Of a DNA stretch of 24,718 nt, positions 9,453 through 18,215 are shown in pieces. A model generated the notes under the pieces. That model was not told the DNA's origin, made no database searches, and saw only the letters and a list, made by a program, of their open reading frames with translations. The stretch is from a virus (taxonomy: Duplodnaviria; Caudoviricetes): IMG/VR virus record IMGVR_UViG_3300036391_000003, positions 1 to 24,718 of that record; one strand, 5' to 3'. Made by a program: the position numbers and the translations under genes. Within the stretch, counting starts at the first letter, position 1, and every line of letters starts with the position of its first letter.

Positions 9453-10258
9453 GGGATCGGGTCCTCCGGATCGAGGGTGACGGGAAATCTGTCGGAAGGA
9501 ACCGGGGCAGGCGGCGCCGCCGGTTCGGGAGTAGGCGGCGCCGCGCCCTGGGCGAGGCTGTCGACGGCGAAGGGCTGCGGCGCGAAGCCGGAGCGGATGG
9601 CCGCCGCCGCCGCCAGATAGGCTCGCGTGGCGCCCAGACGCTCAAGGGCGAGGACTGCCCGCGCCCGCACCGGCGATGCCGTGGGCAGTGCGTCCCTGAC
9701 GAGAGACAAGGCCTTCTCGCCGTCGCCGAGCGGCTCGACGAAATAGGAGTTCGCCAGCACGGCGAGCTTGTCCCCGGTTTCCGAGGCCGGATAGGGCTCG
9801 GCGTCGAGCTTCGTGGTGCGCTTCGTGACCTGCTTGAACAGCGGATCCGCCATGAGCGTCGCCCAGGCCTGATCTTGCAGGGCGGCGAGAATATCGGCCA
9901 GCTCCTGATCGAGCAGGTCGGCCGCCTCGGCCTCGAATTCGGCGGCGGTGTCGGGATCGAAGAAGGCCTGCCGCGAGGTGACCTGGGCGGAAAGCACCAG
10001 CCTGGTCGAAATGTCGAAGCCGCGCCCGGCCTCGATCGCGCCGTTCTGGCCAGAGTAGGCATTACCGTCGACCGCCTCGATCGCGAAGACGATCAGCGGC
10101 GTGCGCTCGCCACCGCGACCGTCGAGCAAGTCGAAGCGCGAATCGAAGATCCGGTCGTGCGCCAGCGTCGGCCAGCTCGTCGCCGGCGTCTCGGGCGGCG
10201 CATAGGGCGAAAGCGCCGCCTTGACGGCGAGCCTGATGGCCATGATGGCGAGGCTCAT
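9449..10258 (-). CDS. Putative tail terminator/neck protein
   Basis: 269 aa, ATGA-coupled on both sides; PTLAHDRIFDSR; sits in the neck region; function from synteny. Confidence 0.55.
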   Translation of the reverse strand: MSLAIMAIRLAVKAALSPYAPPETPATSWPTLAHDRIFDSRFDLLDGRGGERTPLIVFAIEAVDGNAYSGQNGAIEAGRGFDISTRLVLSAQVTSRQAFFDPDTAAEFEAEAADLLDQELADILAALQDQAWATLMADPLFKQVTKRTTKLDAEPYPASETGDKLAVLANSYFVEPLGDGEKALSLVRDALPTASPVRARAVLALERLGATRAYLAAAAAIRSGFAPQPFAVDSLAQGAAPPTPEPAAPPAPVPSDRFPVTLDPEDPIP

Positions 10259-10674
10259 GGCTCGCTCTTCTTTTCGAGCGAAGCGAGATCCAGGCGGATA
10301 TGACCGGTCGCATCGCCGCCGGGCGGTTTCGAGACGCGAAACTTCCGGCCGATGGCCGGGGCTTCGACGACCTCCTGCACGACGTCATGGTGCTTGATCG
10401 CGCCGCCGGTCGGGTTCTCCCATACCGTCAAGGCGAGATCGTCGCCGACGATGCCGGGGAATCGTCCGGTCTCGAAGGCGTTCAATTCGGCGACGCGCCC
10501 GTCGAGCTTGTCGGGCGCGAAGAGGTGGCCGAGCACGGTGAACTCGGCCCGCGACGGGTCAGGCTCCGGACGGGCATCCGGCCGCTTGAGGCGCGGCAGG
10601 ATCCGCCAGGGCACGCCGTTGGTGCGGGCGATGGCCGCTCGCGACCGCGCCACCGCGTCGCTGAAGATCGTCAT
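10255..10674 (-). CDS. Putative head-tail joining (head closure) protein
   Basis: 139 aa directly after capsid gene; function from synteny only. Confidence 0.55.
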   Translation of the reverse strand: MTIFSDAVARSRAAIARTNGVPWRILPRLKRPDARPEPDPSRAEFTVLGHLFAPDKLDGRVAELNAFETGRFPGIVGDDLALTVWENPTGGAIKHHDVVQEVVEAPAIGRKFRVSKPPGGDATGHIRLDLASLEKKSEP

Positions 10675-10695
10675 GGCGAGAAGCCTGCCAACCGA

Positions 10696-11718
10696 TCAGT
10701 TCGAGCTGGTGATCTCGACCAGCGCTTCCGGCCGCTTCACCACCGGCAGGGCATTCGACTGCGACTTGAACTCGACGCCCTCGCCATGGTCGAGCACCTT
10801 CTCGGAGATGAAGATCTCCTCGCCCGGCTGGTTGACGTGGTCGATATGGTGCGGCGGTGCGTCGTAGCAGGTGAACATCTCGCTGGTGCCGGACGGATAG
10901 GCGACGCCCTTGTCCGCCGCCATCAGCAGCTCGTTGCCGGCCTTGACCGGAACCGAGCCGACGGACTCTCGCAGCAGGATCGTGCCGGTGTCGATGACGC
11001 GACCGAAATCCTGGCCGAGGTTGTGCCGATCGAGCTTGATCAGCTCCTGCGCCGCCGGCGTGTTCATCCAGTACTTCTCGAACTTCGGATGCTGGACCAG
11101 ACGCCCCATCAGGGCCGTGCCGATGATCGCCTCGACGCGACCGACCGTGTCGCCCTGCACCTTGCTGAGGACGGAGGTGCGGATTTCCTCGAGCTTGCCG
11201 ACGATATCGGTGCCGGCCGTGCCGAGCACCAGGTCGACAGTGACCTTGGCGATGCCGAAGAAGGTGTAGAGGTCGACAATGGTGTTGCCGTCTCCATCCT
11301 TCACCAGGCCTTTCAGCGCGGCGAACTTCAGGTACTCCCGGGTGATGGCATGGCTGCGGCGCAACTTCTGCAGCTTCTTGGCCGTCGCCGAATCGACCGT
11401 CGCCGGCTGGGGGCGACCGTTGACGATCGTCGCCTTGTTCTGGATGTCCGCGGGGCCGAGCTTGTCGGCCAGCGGGAAGTGCGGGACCTCGAGATAGAAG
11501 ATCTTCTCGCCGTCCGCGGTGACCTCGGGCCCGCGCGTGCCGCGCGGCTTGGCCGGCAGGACGCGGATCGAGTTGCCGACGCGCACGATGCCGACGACGG
11601 TCGTGCCGATCGGCTCGGCCGGGAACAGGTTGAGCGCGTTCAGCATCCCGTAGTCGTTCGGGATGAGGTTGACCTCCTCGGTCAGCGTGGCCGAATCGAA
11701 GGGAAAGACGAATTCCAT
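10696..11718 (-). CDS. Major capsid protein (lambda gpE family)
   Basis: LTEEVNLIP...LFP...VPHFP...ITREYLKFAALKG...DLYTFFG...SQSNALPVVKRPEALV; start at ATG 11718 with GGAG RBS. Confidence 0.94.
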   Translation of the reverse strand: MEFVFPFDSATLTEEVNLIPNDYGMLNALNLFPAEPIGTTVVGIVRVGNSIRVLPAKPRGTRGPEVTADGEKIFYLEVPHFPLADKLGPADIQNKATIVNGRPQPATVDSATAKKLQKLRRSHAITREYLKFAALKGLVKDGDGNTIVDLYTFFGIAKVTVDLVLGTAGTDIVGKLEEIRTSVLSKVQGDTVGRVEAIIGTALMGRLVQHPKFEKYWMNTPAAQELIKLDRHNLGQDFGRVIDTGTILLRESVGSVPVKAGNELLMAADKGVAYPSGTSEMFTCYDAPPHHIDHVNQPGEEIFISEKVLDHGEGVEFKSQSNALPVVKRPEALVEITSSN

Positions 11719-11793
11719 GGCGGGACTCCAGATGAGAACCCGCACGATGCGGGCGAGGTTGCGGCAGGGAGGCTAGAGGGCGGCGCGACGCCG

Positions 11794-12177
11794 TCAGACG
11801 TCGCGGGCGAGGATCTTCTTGACGGCCAGGGCGGCGACGGCGGCGGTCTTGTTCGGGCCGGAAATGGCGGCCTTGAAGATCAGCTCCGGCAGCACCGCGA
11901 TCGCGCCCCAGGTCACGCCGAGAGCGCGAACGTCGGCGCTGGTCGCATCGACGGCCTCGCCGAGGATGGCAGCCGCGACCTCGGCACCGTTGGCCAGGGC
12001 GACGTCGTGCAACACGTATTTGCCGGAGGCCGTGATCTTGCCGAGCACGGTGCCCAGCGCGAGGATGCCGGCGCCGGAGGCGATGACGATTTCCTCGCGC
12101 GAGAAATCGGGGTCGATTTCCTTCTTGATGACGTCGGAATAGGTGCGGGTCCGCGTCTGGCTGGTCGGGGTGAACAT
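11794..12177 (-). CDS. Head decoration protein (lambda gpD-like)
   Basis: SREEIVIASGAG...GTVLGKITASGKY...GAEVAAAIL; precedes capsid gene. Confidence 0.9.
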   Translation of the reverse strand: MFTPTSQTRTRTYSDVIKKEIDPDFSREEIVIASGAGILALGTVLGKITASGKYVLHDVALANGAEVAAAILGEAVDATSADVRALGVTWGAIAVLPELIFKAAISGPNKTAAVAALAVKKILARDV

Positions 12178-12231
12178 GCTTGCGATCCTCTTGGCGAAGC
12201 GGGTTGCGGTGCGGGTCGGCGTGTGGGCGGA

Positions 12232-12714
12232 TCAGGCCTTTTGGCCGGTGATGGCCATGCGGGCGGCGGCGAGGCGGGATTTAGAATCCGCCTTGGCGTC
12301 GGCCGGAGCAGGATCGCTGCCCTGCGGCTTGACGTTGGGCTGCGGCACGGTGGCACCGGTGAGCGTGCGCGGGGCCTCCGCCTTGGGAGAGGTCGCGAGG
12401 ATCGAGCCGGCGGCGTCCGGCGCCAGGTCGGTCGAGAAGGCGAGGTGCTGCGCCAGGGCGGAGCGGCCGTCGGCCTCCGCATGGCCAACGATGGCCTGAA
12501 TGCGGGTGCGCTCCGCCTGGCGGGCCTCGGCCCGGATCGCGGCGACATCCGATGTCGGCGCGGCAGCGACAGGCGCGGCGGGAGCCGGGGCGGGGGCGGC
12601 TGCCTCCGGCGGAACCGCAGACGGCGACGTCACGGCCGCGACCAACGCGGCGGCAACGGCTGCGGGCGAAGTGGATTGCACCGCGTCGCGCGCGGCGTTG
12701 GCAAGGGTCGACAT
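12232..12714 (-). CDS. Putative capsid scaffolding protein (Nu3-like)
   Basis: Ala/Pro-rich; AERTRIQAIVGHAEADGRSALAQHLAFSTDL resembles the C-terminal scaffold region of lambda-type gpC proteins; AGGAG RBS at 12728-12724. Confidence 0.75.
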   Translation of the reverse strand: MSTLANAARDAVQSTSPAAVAAALVAAVTSPSAVPPEAAAPAPAPAAPVAAAPTSDVAAIRAEARQAERTRIQAIVGHAEADGRSALAQHLAFSTDLAPDAAGSILATSPKAEAPRTLTGATVPQPNVKPQGSDPAPADAKADSKSRLAAARMAITGQKA

Positions 12715-12729
12715 GGTCAGTTGCTCCTG

Positions 12730-12750
12730 AAAAAGAGGCTCGTCAGAGCC
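12730..12750 (-). terminator. Weak intrinsic terminator-like hairpin between protease and scaffold genes
   Basis: Minus strand GGCTC-TGAC-GAGCC followed by TCTTTTT; only a 5-bp stem. Confidence 0.35.
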
Positions 12751-12783
12751 GGGCGATGAGAGTCTCGCAATCAGACTTGGCGA

Positions 12784-13683
12784 TCAGAGCCGCGCGATCT
12801 CCTGGCGGAACGCGGCGAAGGCCTCGTGCGGATCGCCGAGAGCGTCGGCGAGACCGAGGGAGACGGCCTCGCGGCCGGAGAAAACCTGCGCCTCGGTGGC
12901 GTAGGCCGCCCTGGCAGTCAGGGCCTTGCCGCGCCCGCGCCCGACGACCTCGGAGAAGCGGGTGCGGACCTGGTCGAGATCGGCCTTGATCCGATCGACG
13001 ACGGTCTGCGGCAACGGTTCGAACGGATTGCCGTCGACTTTGTGGGCGCCCGACGAGATCAGCGTGACCTTGACGCCCTGCTCGGCAAGATGCGCCGACC
13101 AGTCGACATGCATGACGACGGCGCCGATCGACCCGGCGAAGCCGAATTCCGGCATGACGATGCGACGGGCCGGGCTGGCGACGAGATAGGCCGCCGAACA
13201 GGCGTTCGAGGTCAGGATCGCCATGGTCGGCTTTTCGGCCGACAACCTGGCAATCGCCTCGGCCGTCTCGAACACGCCGGCGACCGCCCCGCCAGGGGAA
13301 TCGACCTCGAGCACAACGCCTTTGACGGATGTATCGCGGCGGGCGCGTTCGACCTGGGTGCGGATGCCCTCATAGGACGTCTCGCCGCAATCCATGCCGA
13401 TCCACGAACCCTTGTGGACGAGCGTGCCCTCGACCTCGATCACGGCGACGCCGTCGACCACGGGGTATGCGCCGCGGTTCGACCGTTGCAGATGCCCCTC
13501 GAGGCGCTGCGGCAGCACGCCGGCCGACGGCTCGATCGCCGAGTTCCCGCCACCCGAGACGATGACCGGCGCGCCGAACAGGCGCGAGCCCAGCGCGCGG
13601 ATCATCACCGTGGCCCGACCCTCGTCGATCGCGAGCGGCACGCCGATCAGCTCGGCGGCAATGCGCGGCAGCAGCAGGCTCAT
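12784..13683 (-). CDS. Prohead protease, peptidase S49 family (lambda gpC-like)
   Basis: VDSPGG, ACSAAY, GSIGAV, HKVDGNP motifs. Confidence 0.95.
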   Translation of the reverse strand: MSLLLPRIAAELIGVPLAIDEGRATVMIRALGSRLFGAPVIVSGGGNSAIEPSAGVLPQRLEGHLQRSNRGAYPVVDGVAVIEVEGTLVHKGSWIGMDCGETSYEGIRTQVERARRDTSVKGVVLEVDSPGGAVAGVFETAEAIARLSAEKPTMAILTSNACSAAYLVASPARRIVMPEFGFAGSIGAVVMHVDWSAHLAEQGVKVTLISSGAHKVDGNPFEPLPQTVVDRIKADLDQVRTRFSEVVGRGRGKALTARAAYATEAQVFSGREAVSLGLADALGDPHEAFAAFRQEIARL

Positions 13684-15272
13684 GCTTCGACCTCTTCGGC
13701 AGGCTCTGTGGCGGACGAGGCGGCGGAGCGCTGGGCGATGCGGCCTGCAACAGTGGCGCGCGTCAGCTTGCGGCGGGTCAGCTCCGCCTCCTCACGCTCG
13801 ATCTGGTCGAGGATTTCCTCGTAATCGAAGCCCTGCTCGGCGCATTCCATCTCGAGGGTGGAAACCATGGTTTCCATGCGCAGGGCGGCAGCCTCGGCTT
13901 CCTTGACCGGATCGACCCAACCGCGACCGGGCCCGATCCAGCGACCGGCAAGCCAGGCGGCCGGCTCGTCCCAGAGCGTGCGGCATCCGGCCGGCGGCTT
14001 GATGTAGCCCTTGTCGATCGCCTCCTCGACGACGCAGAGCGCCATCGGGATCGGGCCCTGCTCACAGAACTGCGCGACCATCCGGCGCACGCCGCGCCAG
14101 GTCTCGTTCATCATGCCGCGATAGTTCGAATAGTTGAGCTTGCTGAAGTTCATCGAGACCTGGTGCCGCGACATGCCGCGCGCCGCCGCAATCTGGTCGT
14201 TGAAGACGTCGTCGAACTGGCCCATCGCGGCGCTCTGGCGCGGCGATCCCGCCATGGCGATCTCGTCGCCGGGCGGCAGGACCGGCACACGGACGCCGCC
14301 GATCTTGATCGGAGCGGCCTCGTAAAGGCCGAGGCGCTTGTCCGAGAAGGTGTTGGTCGCGGCGTTGAACTCCTGCGGCTCCAGCGAGGCCGCGACCTCG
14401 GCGAAAGACATGTTGGACTTGATGTAGGTCGCATACATCGCGTTGACGGCGGCAGCCGCCAGTTCGAGCTCTGACAGCGTGCCCTTCATCCGCAGGAGCG
14501 GCATGATCGCCGCGAAGGGCGAGATCGGCCGGTTCTGATCCTCGCGCTCCGGCTCGAAGACATGCAGGAAGACGGGACGGCCCCAGCTCGTCTCGCGCGG
14601 CACCCGTTCCCATGACGCCCCAGTCAGCCCGAAGCCGTCGCCAGGATGACGGTTGCGGATCTGGTAGCCCACCGGCGCGCCGAAGCGGTCGATGACAACG
14701 CCGCCGCGCAGGGTCTCGCTGTCGCGCTGGCCGGTCGGATTGCAGAGCCGTTCCGGATCGACCGGCATGAAGGCCGTCTCGTACGGGCCCTGCCGATCCC
14801 GCCAGGTGGCGATGACACAGGCTTCGTTCAGCTTGACGAAGCTGCGCGCCATCAGTCGATACAGCCCGTTGCCGCTAACCTTGCGCTGCGCATCGACCCG
14901 CTTGCGCGGATCGTTCATGTGGCGGGACAGCTCGCGCTCGATCTGCTTGCCGAGATCGGCTGCCTGTTCGCGCGAGATGCCCAGCGCCGCGGCGCTCGGC
15001 TTCGAGGAGAAGCGCAGGCCGGCGCCGACGATCATGTCGACCAGCCGCGTGATCGTCGCGACAGCGACCGGATTGTTCCGGGCCAGATCCTCGGTGCGGT
15101 CGGCGATCAGTCGGCGCTCGCGCAGCACGGCCTTGTCCGCCGAGGCGCCCGGCGGCGTCCAGTTTGACAGCGCCTGCGAGCGGGTCTCGGAGGCGCGGTA
15201 GAAGGTCGACGCCTCGACATGGGCACGCAATGGCGTCGACCCGTCAGGCGCGACAAGCGCGGGCGGGTTCAT
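13680..15272 (-). CDS. Portal protein, lambda gpB family
   Basis: DLARNN, LRGGVVIDRFGAPVGY, HVFEPER, NYSNYR, WIGPGRGWVDPVKE. Confidence 0.96.
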   Translation of the reverse strand: MNPPALVAPDGSTPLRAHVEASTFYRASETRSQALSNWTPPGASADKAVLRERRLIADRTEDLARNNPVAVATITRLVDMIVGAGLRFSSKPSAAALGISREQAADLGKQIERELSRHMNDPRKRVDAQRKVSGNGLYRLMARSFVKLNEACVIATWRDRQGPYETAFMPVDPERLCNPTGQRDSETLRGGVVIDRFGAPVGYQIRNRHPGDGFGLTGASWERVPRETSWGRPVFLHVFEPEREDQNRPISPFAAIMPLLRMKGTLSELELAAAAVNAMYATYIKSNMSFAEVAASLEPQEFNAATNTFSDKRLGLYEAAPIKIGGVRVPVLPPGDEIAMAGSPRQSAAMGQFDDVFNDQIAAARGMSRHQVSMNFSKLNYSNYRGMMNETWRGVRRMVAQFCEQGPIPMALCVVEEAIDKGYIKPPAGCRTLWDEPAAWLAGRWIGPGRGWVDPVKEAEAAALRMETMVSTLEMECAEQGFDYEEILDQIEREEAELTRRKLTRATVAGRIAQRSAASSATEPAEEVEA

Positions 15273-15481
15273 CAGAAGGTGAAGCCGATCGCGCCGCGAA
15301 CCGGGCGACCCGCATCCTTTGCCTTCAACTCCTCGAGGCGGCGCTCCAGCCGCGCGATGTCGGGACGCACGAAATCCGTTTTATGGCCGTTCGGCGTGAC
15401 GAGAACGGAGGAGGCCTGGTCGCCGGAGATGATCCGGTCCCGCGCGGCCTCCATCTGGGCGATCTTCTCTTCTTCCGTCAC
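15272..15481 (-). CDS. gpW-like head completion protein
   Basis: 69 aa between terminase and portal; helix-hairpin-helix-like pattern ending RGAIGFTF. Confidence 0.8.
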   Translation of the reverse strand: MTEEEKIAQMEAARDRIISGDQASSVLVTPNGHKTDFVRPDIARLERRLEELKAKDAGRPVRGAIGFTF

Positions 15482-15485
15482 GGGG

Positions 15486-17570
15486 TCACTCCTGGTTGTT
15501 GAGTGCGGCGAGCCGCGCGAACATGCCCTCGGGCGCTGGCTTGGCCGCCGCCGCTAGCGGCGCTGCCGAAAACAGGTCGGCGACGGCTTCGGGCGGCGCG
15601 AGACGCTCCCGCCATTTCGCCCAGCCGGCGGCGTTCATGGTGTCGACGCCGAGCGACCAGGCGATCGCCCGGCAACCGACGACGATGTCGAGTTCTTCGT
15701 TCGCCTGGCCGGCTCGCTTGACCCAGACGCGGTTGTCGCCCGGCTTCTCATGCAGCTTGCGCCGGGCATTGCCCTTCGCCTCCTGCGCCGGATCGATGCA
15801 GACCTCGGCGGTGATCTGTTTGCAGAAGCTCTCGTCGACCAGGTCACGCGGCAGTCGCAGCGTTCCCGGCAGATAGGCCCCGCTCTCCATCGGCCCCGCG
15901 ACGAACTGGCGAAGGCCGCGCATGATGGTGTGTTTCAGCTCGAAGACGCCAGTCGGATAGACCAGCGCCTTGGCCAGGACCCGGCCAAACTTGTCCTTGA
16001 TCGCCAGCCGCTTCGGCGTTCCGAGGATCGGCGCGTTGCGCTTCTCGGCGCCCTCGCAGACCCAGAGCTTGTGACCGCGCCCGCTGCCGACCGAACGAAC
16101 CCAGTTCGACCAGTTCGAACCGTCGATGCCCCAGCGCACCACCTCGACAATGCCGCCTGTCGCCGCCGGCCAGGTGCGAGACAGCAGCTCGTCGATGCCG
16201 GCGACCGCTTCCGGGGTTTCCGGCGCATGAGGAATGATGCCGCGCGCCATCAACACGCCCTGCGTCATCGGACCCCACGCCCAGATGCTCCAGACGAGCC
16301 GGTCACCCTGGCAGTCGATGAAGCCCGTCCAGATCGGATGATCGGCCGTGGCAAGGCCTGGCGCGATCTCCTCGCGGGCCCGGTGCAGCTTCTCGTGCTG
16401 GACCTCGGAGGCACCGTCCTCCCAGGGTTCACCGAGCGACTGCTGGGTGAAGGTCTTGAGGGTGACCTGCGATTTCTTCGCCTCCTCCCAGGCCTCCCAG
16501 AGCGACTGCCAGCTCTCGACCGGCGAATAGGCGGTCCAGAGCGCATAACTCGGCTCGTATTCGCGGCAGCGGCCCTCCATCGGCGGGCAACGATAGCGGT
16601 CCATATGCGCCGGCTGAATCGCCTCCGTCACGGGCACCGGCTCCGCTTCCGGATCGTCTGACGGGATCGGCCGGGTCGAGATCCATTCGCCGCGGGCGAA
16701 CATCTCGTCGCGGTGATGCTCCTCCATGATGAAGCCGCAGGAGAGGCAATTGAACGAAGCCAGCCAGTTCGTCGCTTCACTGGGCGGCTGCATCGCGGCC
16801 GGAGTCAGAAGTTGGAACGTGCCGCAGTCTGGACAGGGCACATAGCGTCGGCGCCGATCGCCCGCATCGAAAAGGGCACTGATCCGGCAGGTCGCCTTGT
16901 GTCCGGGCGTGCTGGAAAACAGCCGCTTCAGATTGCCGGTATAGGCCTTCTGCCGGGCTTTAGCCTGCTCCAGCGGATCACCGCGGTTATCCGTGTCGAA
17001 GGGATAACCCGTGATCTCCTCCGCGATCAGGTAGCGGACTGAGATCATCTGCAGCCCCTTCGAGGAGGATGCCGTCGTGATCTGGTTCCAGCCGCCGGCG
17101 AAGCGCTTGAACGACGAGGTCGAGGACGCCTCGTCGCGCTGGTTCTCCTTCCGCACCCGAAGGCGGAGCTCCGGGCTGACGTCGATCGTCGGCTGCAGTT
17201 TGACCCGGTTGTACTTCAGCATCTCGTCGAGCGACGGCAGCAGCGTCAGTACCGTACCCGGCGCGCGATCGACGATGAAGGCGAACCAGTTGACGCCGAT
17301 CTCGGTCTTGCCGAGCTGCGCCGCCCATTTGAGCACAACCAGCTTAGACGGATGATCTGGATGCAGGCAGTCCATCGGCTCGCGCAGATGCGGCATCCGG
17401 TCGGTGCGCCAGTCGCCCTTCCAGGGCGAGCCCGATTCCGCCGAAACCTTGCGGTAGCGATCGGCATACTGAGACACCGTCAGCTCGTCGATGGGACGAG
17501 CCGAACGCGCGAGCGCTCCATACAGGATCCGCCCGGCCCGTGAGGCCGCGGCTTCAGAGAGCGAAAGCAA
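15486..17570 (-). CDS. Terminase large subunit (lambda gpA family)
   Basis: Walker A WAAQLGKT, Walker B YLIAEE, SSTP, CPDC/CLSC Zn motif, LGEPWE, GFIDCQ, NEELD; TTG start after GAGG (start uncertain). Confidence 0.96.
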   Translation of the reverse strand: MLSLSEAAASRAGRILYGALARSARPIDELTVSQYADRYRKVSAESGSPWKGDWRTDRMPHLREPMDCLHPDHPSKLVVLKWAAQLGKTEIGVNWFAFIVDRAPGTVLTLLPSLDEMLKYNRVKLQPTIDVSPELRLRVRKENQRDEASSTSSFKRFAGGWNQITTASSSKGLQMISVRYLIAEEITGYPFDTDNRGDPLEQAKARQKAYTGNLKRLFSSTPGHKATCRISALFDAGDRRRRYVPCPDCGTFQLLTPAAMQPPSEATNWLASFNCLSCGFIMEEHHRDEMFARGEWISTRPIPSDDPEAEPVPVTEAIQPAHMDRYRCPPMEGRCREYEPSYALWTAYSPVESWQSLWEAWEEAKKSQVTLKTFTQQSLGEPWEDGASEVQHEKLHRAREEIAPGLATADHPIWTGFIDCQGDRLVWSIWAWGPMTQGVLMARGIIPHAPETPEAVAGIDELLSRTWPAATGGIVEVVRWGIDGSNWSNWVRSVGSGRGHKLWVCEGAEKRNAPILGTPKRLAIKDKFGRVLAKALVYPTGVFELKHTIMRGLRQFVAGPMESGAYLPGTLRLPRDLVDESFCKQITAEVCIDPAQEAKGNARRKLHEKPGDNRVWVKRAGQANEELDIVVGCRAIAWSLGVDTMNAAGWAKWRERLAPPEAVADLFSAAPLAAAAKPAPEGMFARLAALNNQE

Positions 17571-17592
17571 AAAACCTCTACGCGCAAGAGCT

Positions 17593-18171
17593 CTATACGG
17601 GTGTGTCGTCGACCTCCGGCGACTGAGACGGCAGGGCCGCCATAAGTGCGTCGCGGAAAGCCTTAAGGGCGGCGCGCTTCAGGGTGCGCAGGCCCGGCCG
17701 GACATGACGCGGCTCCGACCGCGTCTGTTTGGCGATCTCGGCGGCAGCGTCGCTCTCGGCTTCGTCGAGTGCGGCGGCCATCGCCTTTACGGCCGCGTCA
17801 GCTGCCTGGACCAATTCGGCGACACTGACGATCTCGCCGCGCTTGCGGGCCCGCTCTTCCTCGGCTTCCTCGAGTTCGATCTCGGCCCGGCGGACATCGA
17901 TCTCGCCCTTGCGTTCCTTGGACGAGGCGATGCGCCGGTCGGCCTTGTAGGGCTCGGTCGAGCCGCGCTCGACGCGGATGTTGATCTTGCGGTGCTCGAT
18001 CAGGGCATCGACGTCGATCAGCGTCTCGCGTCCCTCGCGCCGCTGTTCGATGCTGGCCGCATAGCGCTTGATGTAGCGCGACAGGGTCGAGCGCTCGACC
18101 GGCTGACCCTCGGCTGCCGACACGAGCTCGGCCGCCTTGGAAATCGAGGCAAAACGTGTATCGCCAGCCAC
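17593..18171 (-). CDS. Putative terminase small subunit
   Basis: N-terminal HTH-like segment (SISKAAEL...ERSTLSRYIK), coiled coil, RGEIVSVAE; lies between cos-like site and large terminase. Confidence 0.8.
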   Translation of the reverse strand: MAGDTRFASISKAAELVSAAEGQPVERSTLSRYIKRYAASIEQRREGRETLIDVDALIEHRKINIRVERGSTEPYKADRRIASSKERKGEIDVRRAEIELEEAEEERARKRGEIVSVAELVQAADAAVKAMAAALDEAESDAAAEIAKQTRSEPRHVRPGLRTLKRAALKAFRDALMAALPSQSPEVDDTPV

Positions 18172-18194
18172 TTGGGTGCGGTCCTGTGTATCGC
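18156..18194. repeat. 9-bp direct repeat GTGTATCGC x2 (candidate cosB R sites)
   Basis: Exact copies at 18156-18164 and 18186-18194, 30 bp apart, on the terminase side of cosN. Confidence 0.45.
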
Positions 18195-18215
18195 GCGCTA
18201 CGCCGGAGCAACTGG

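Noticed and set aside
11739-11753. Hairpin CCCGCA-TCG-TGCGGG before the capsid gene as a terminator
   Set aside because: No adequate U tract (TTCTC); at most an mRNA-stabilising stem
12725-12750. CTGACGA resembling a hammerhead ribozyme core
   Set aside because: No GAAA after a stem II and no three-way junction found; better explained as a small hairpin
10300-12759. 819-aa plus-strand ORF
   Set aside because: Antisense to capsid, decoration and scaffold genes; no motifs
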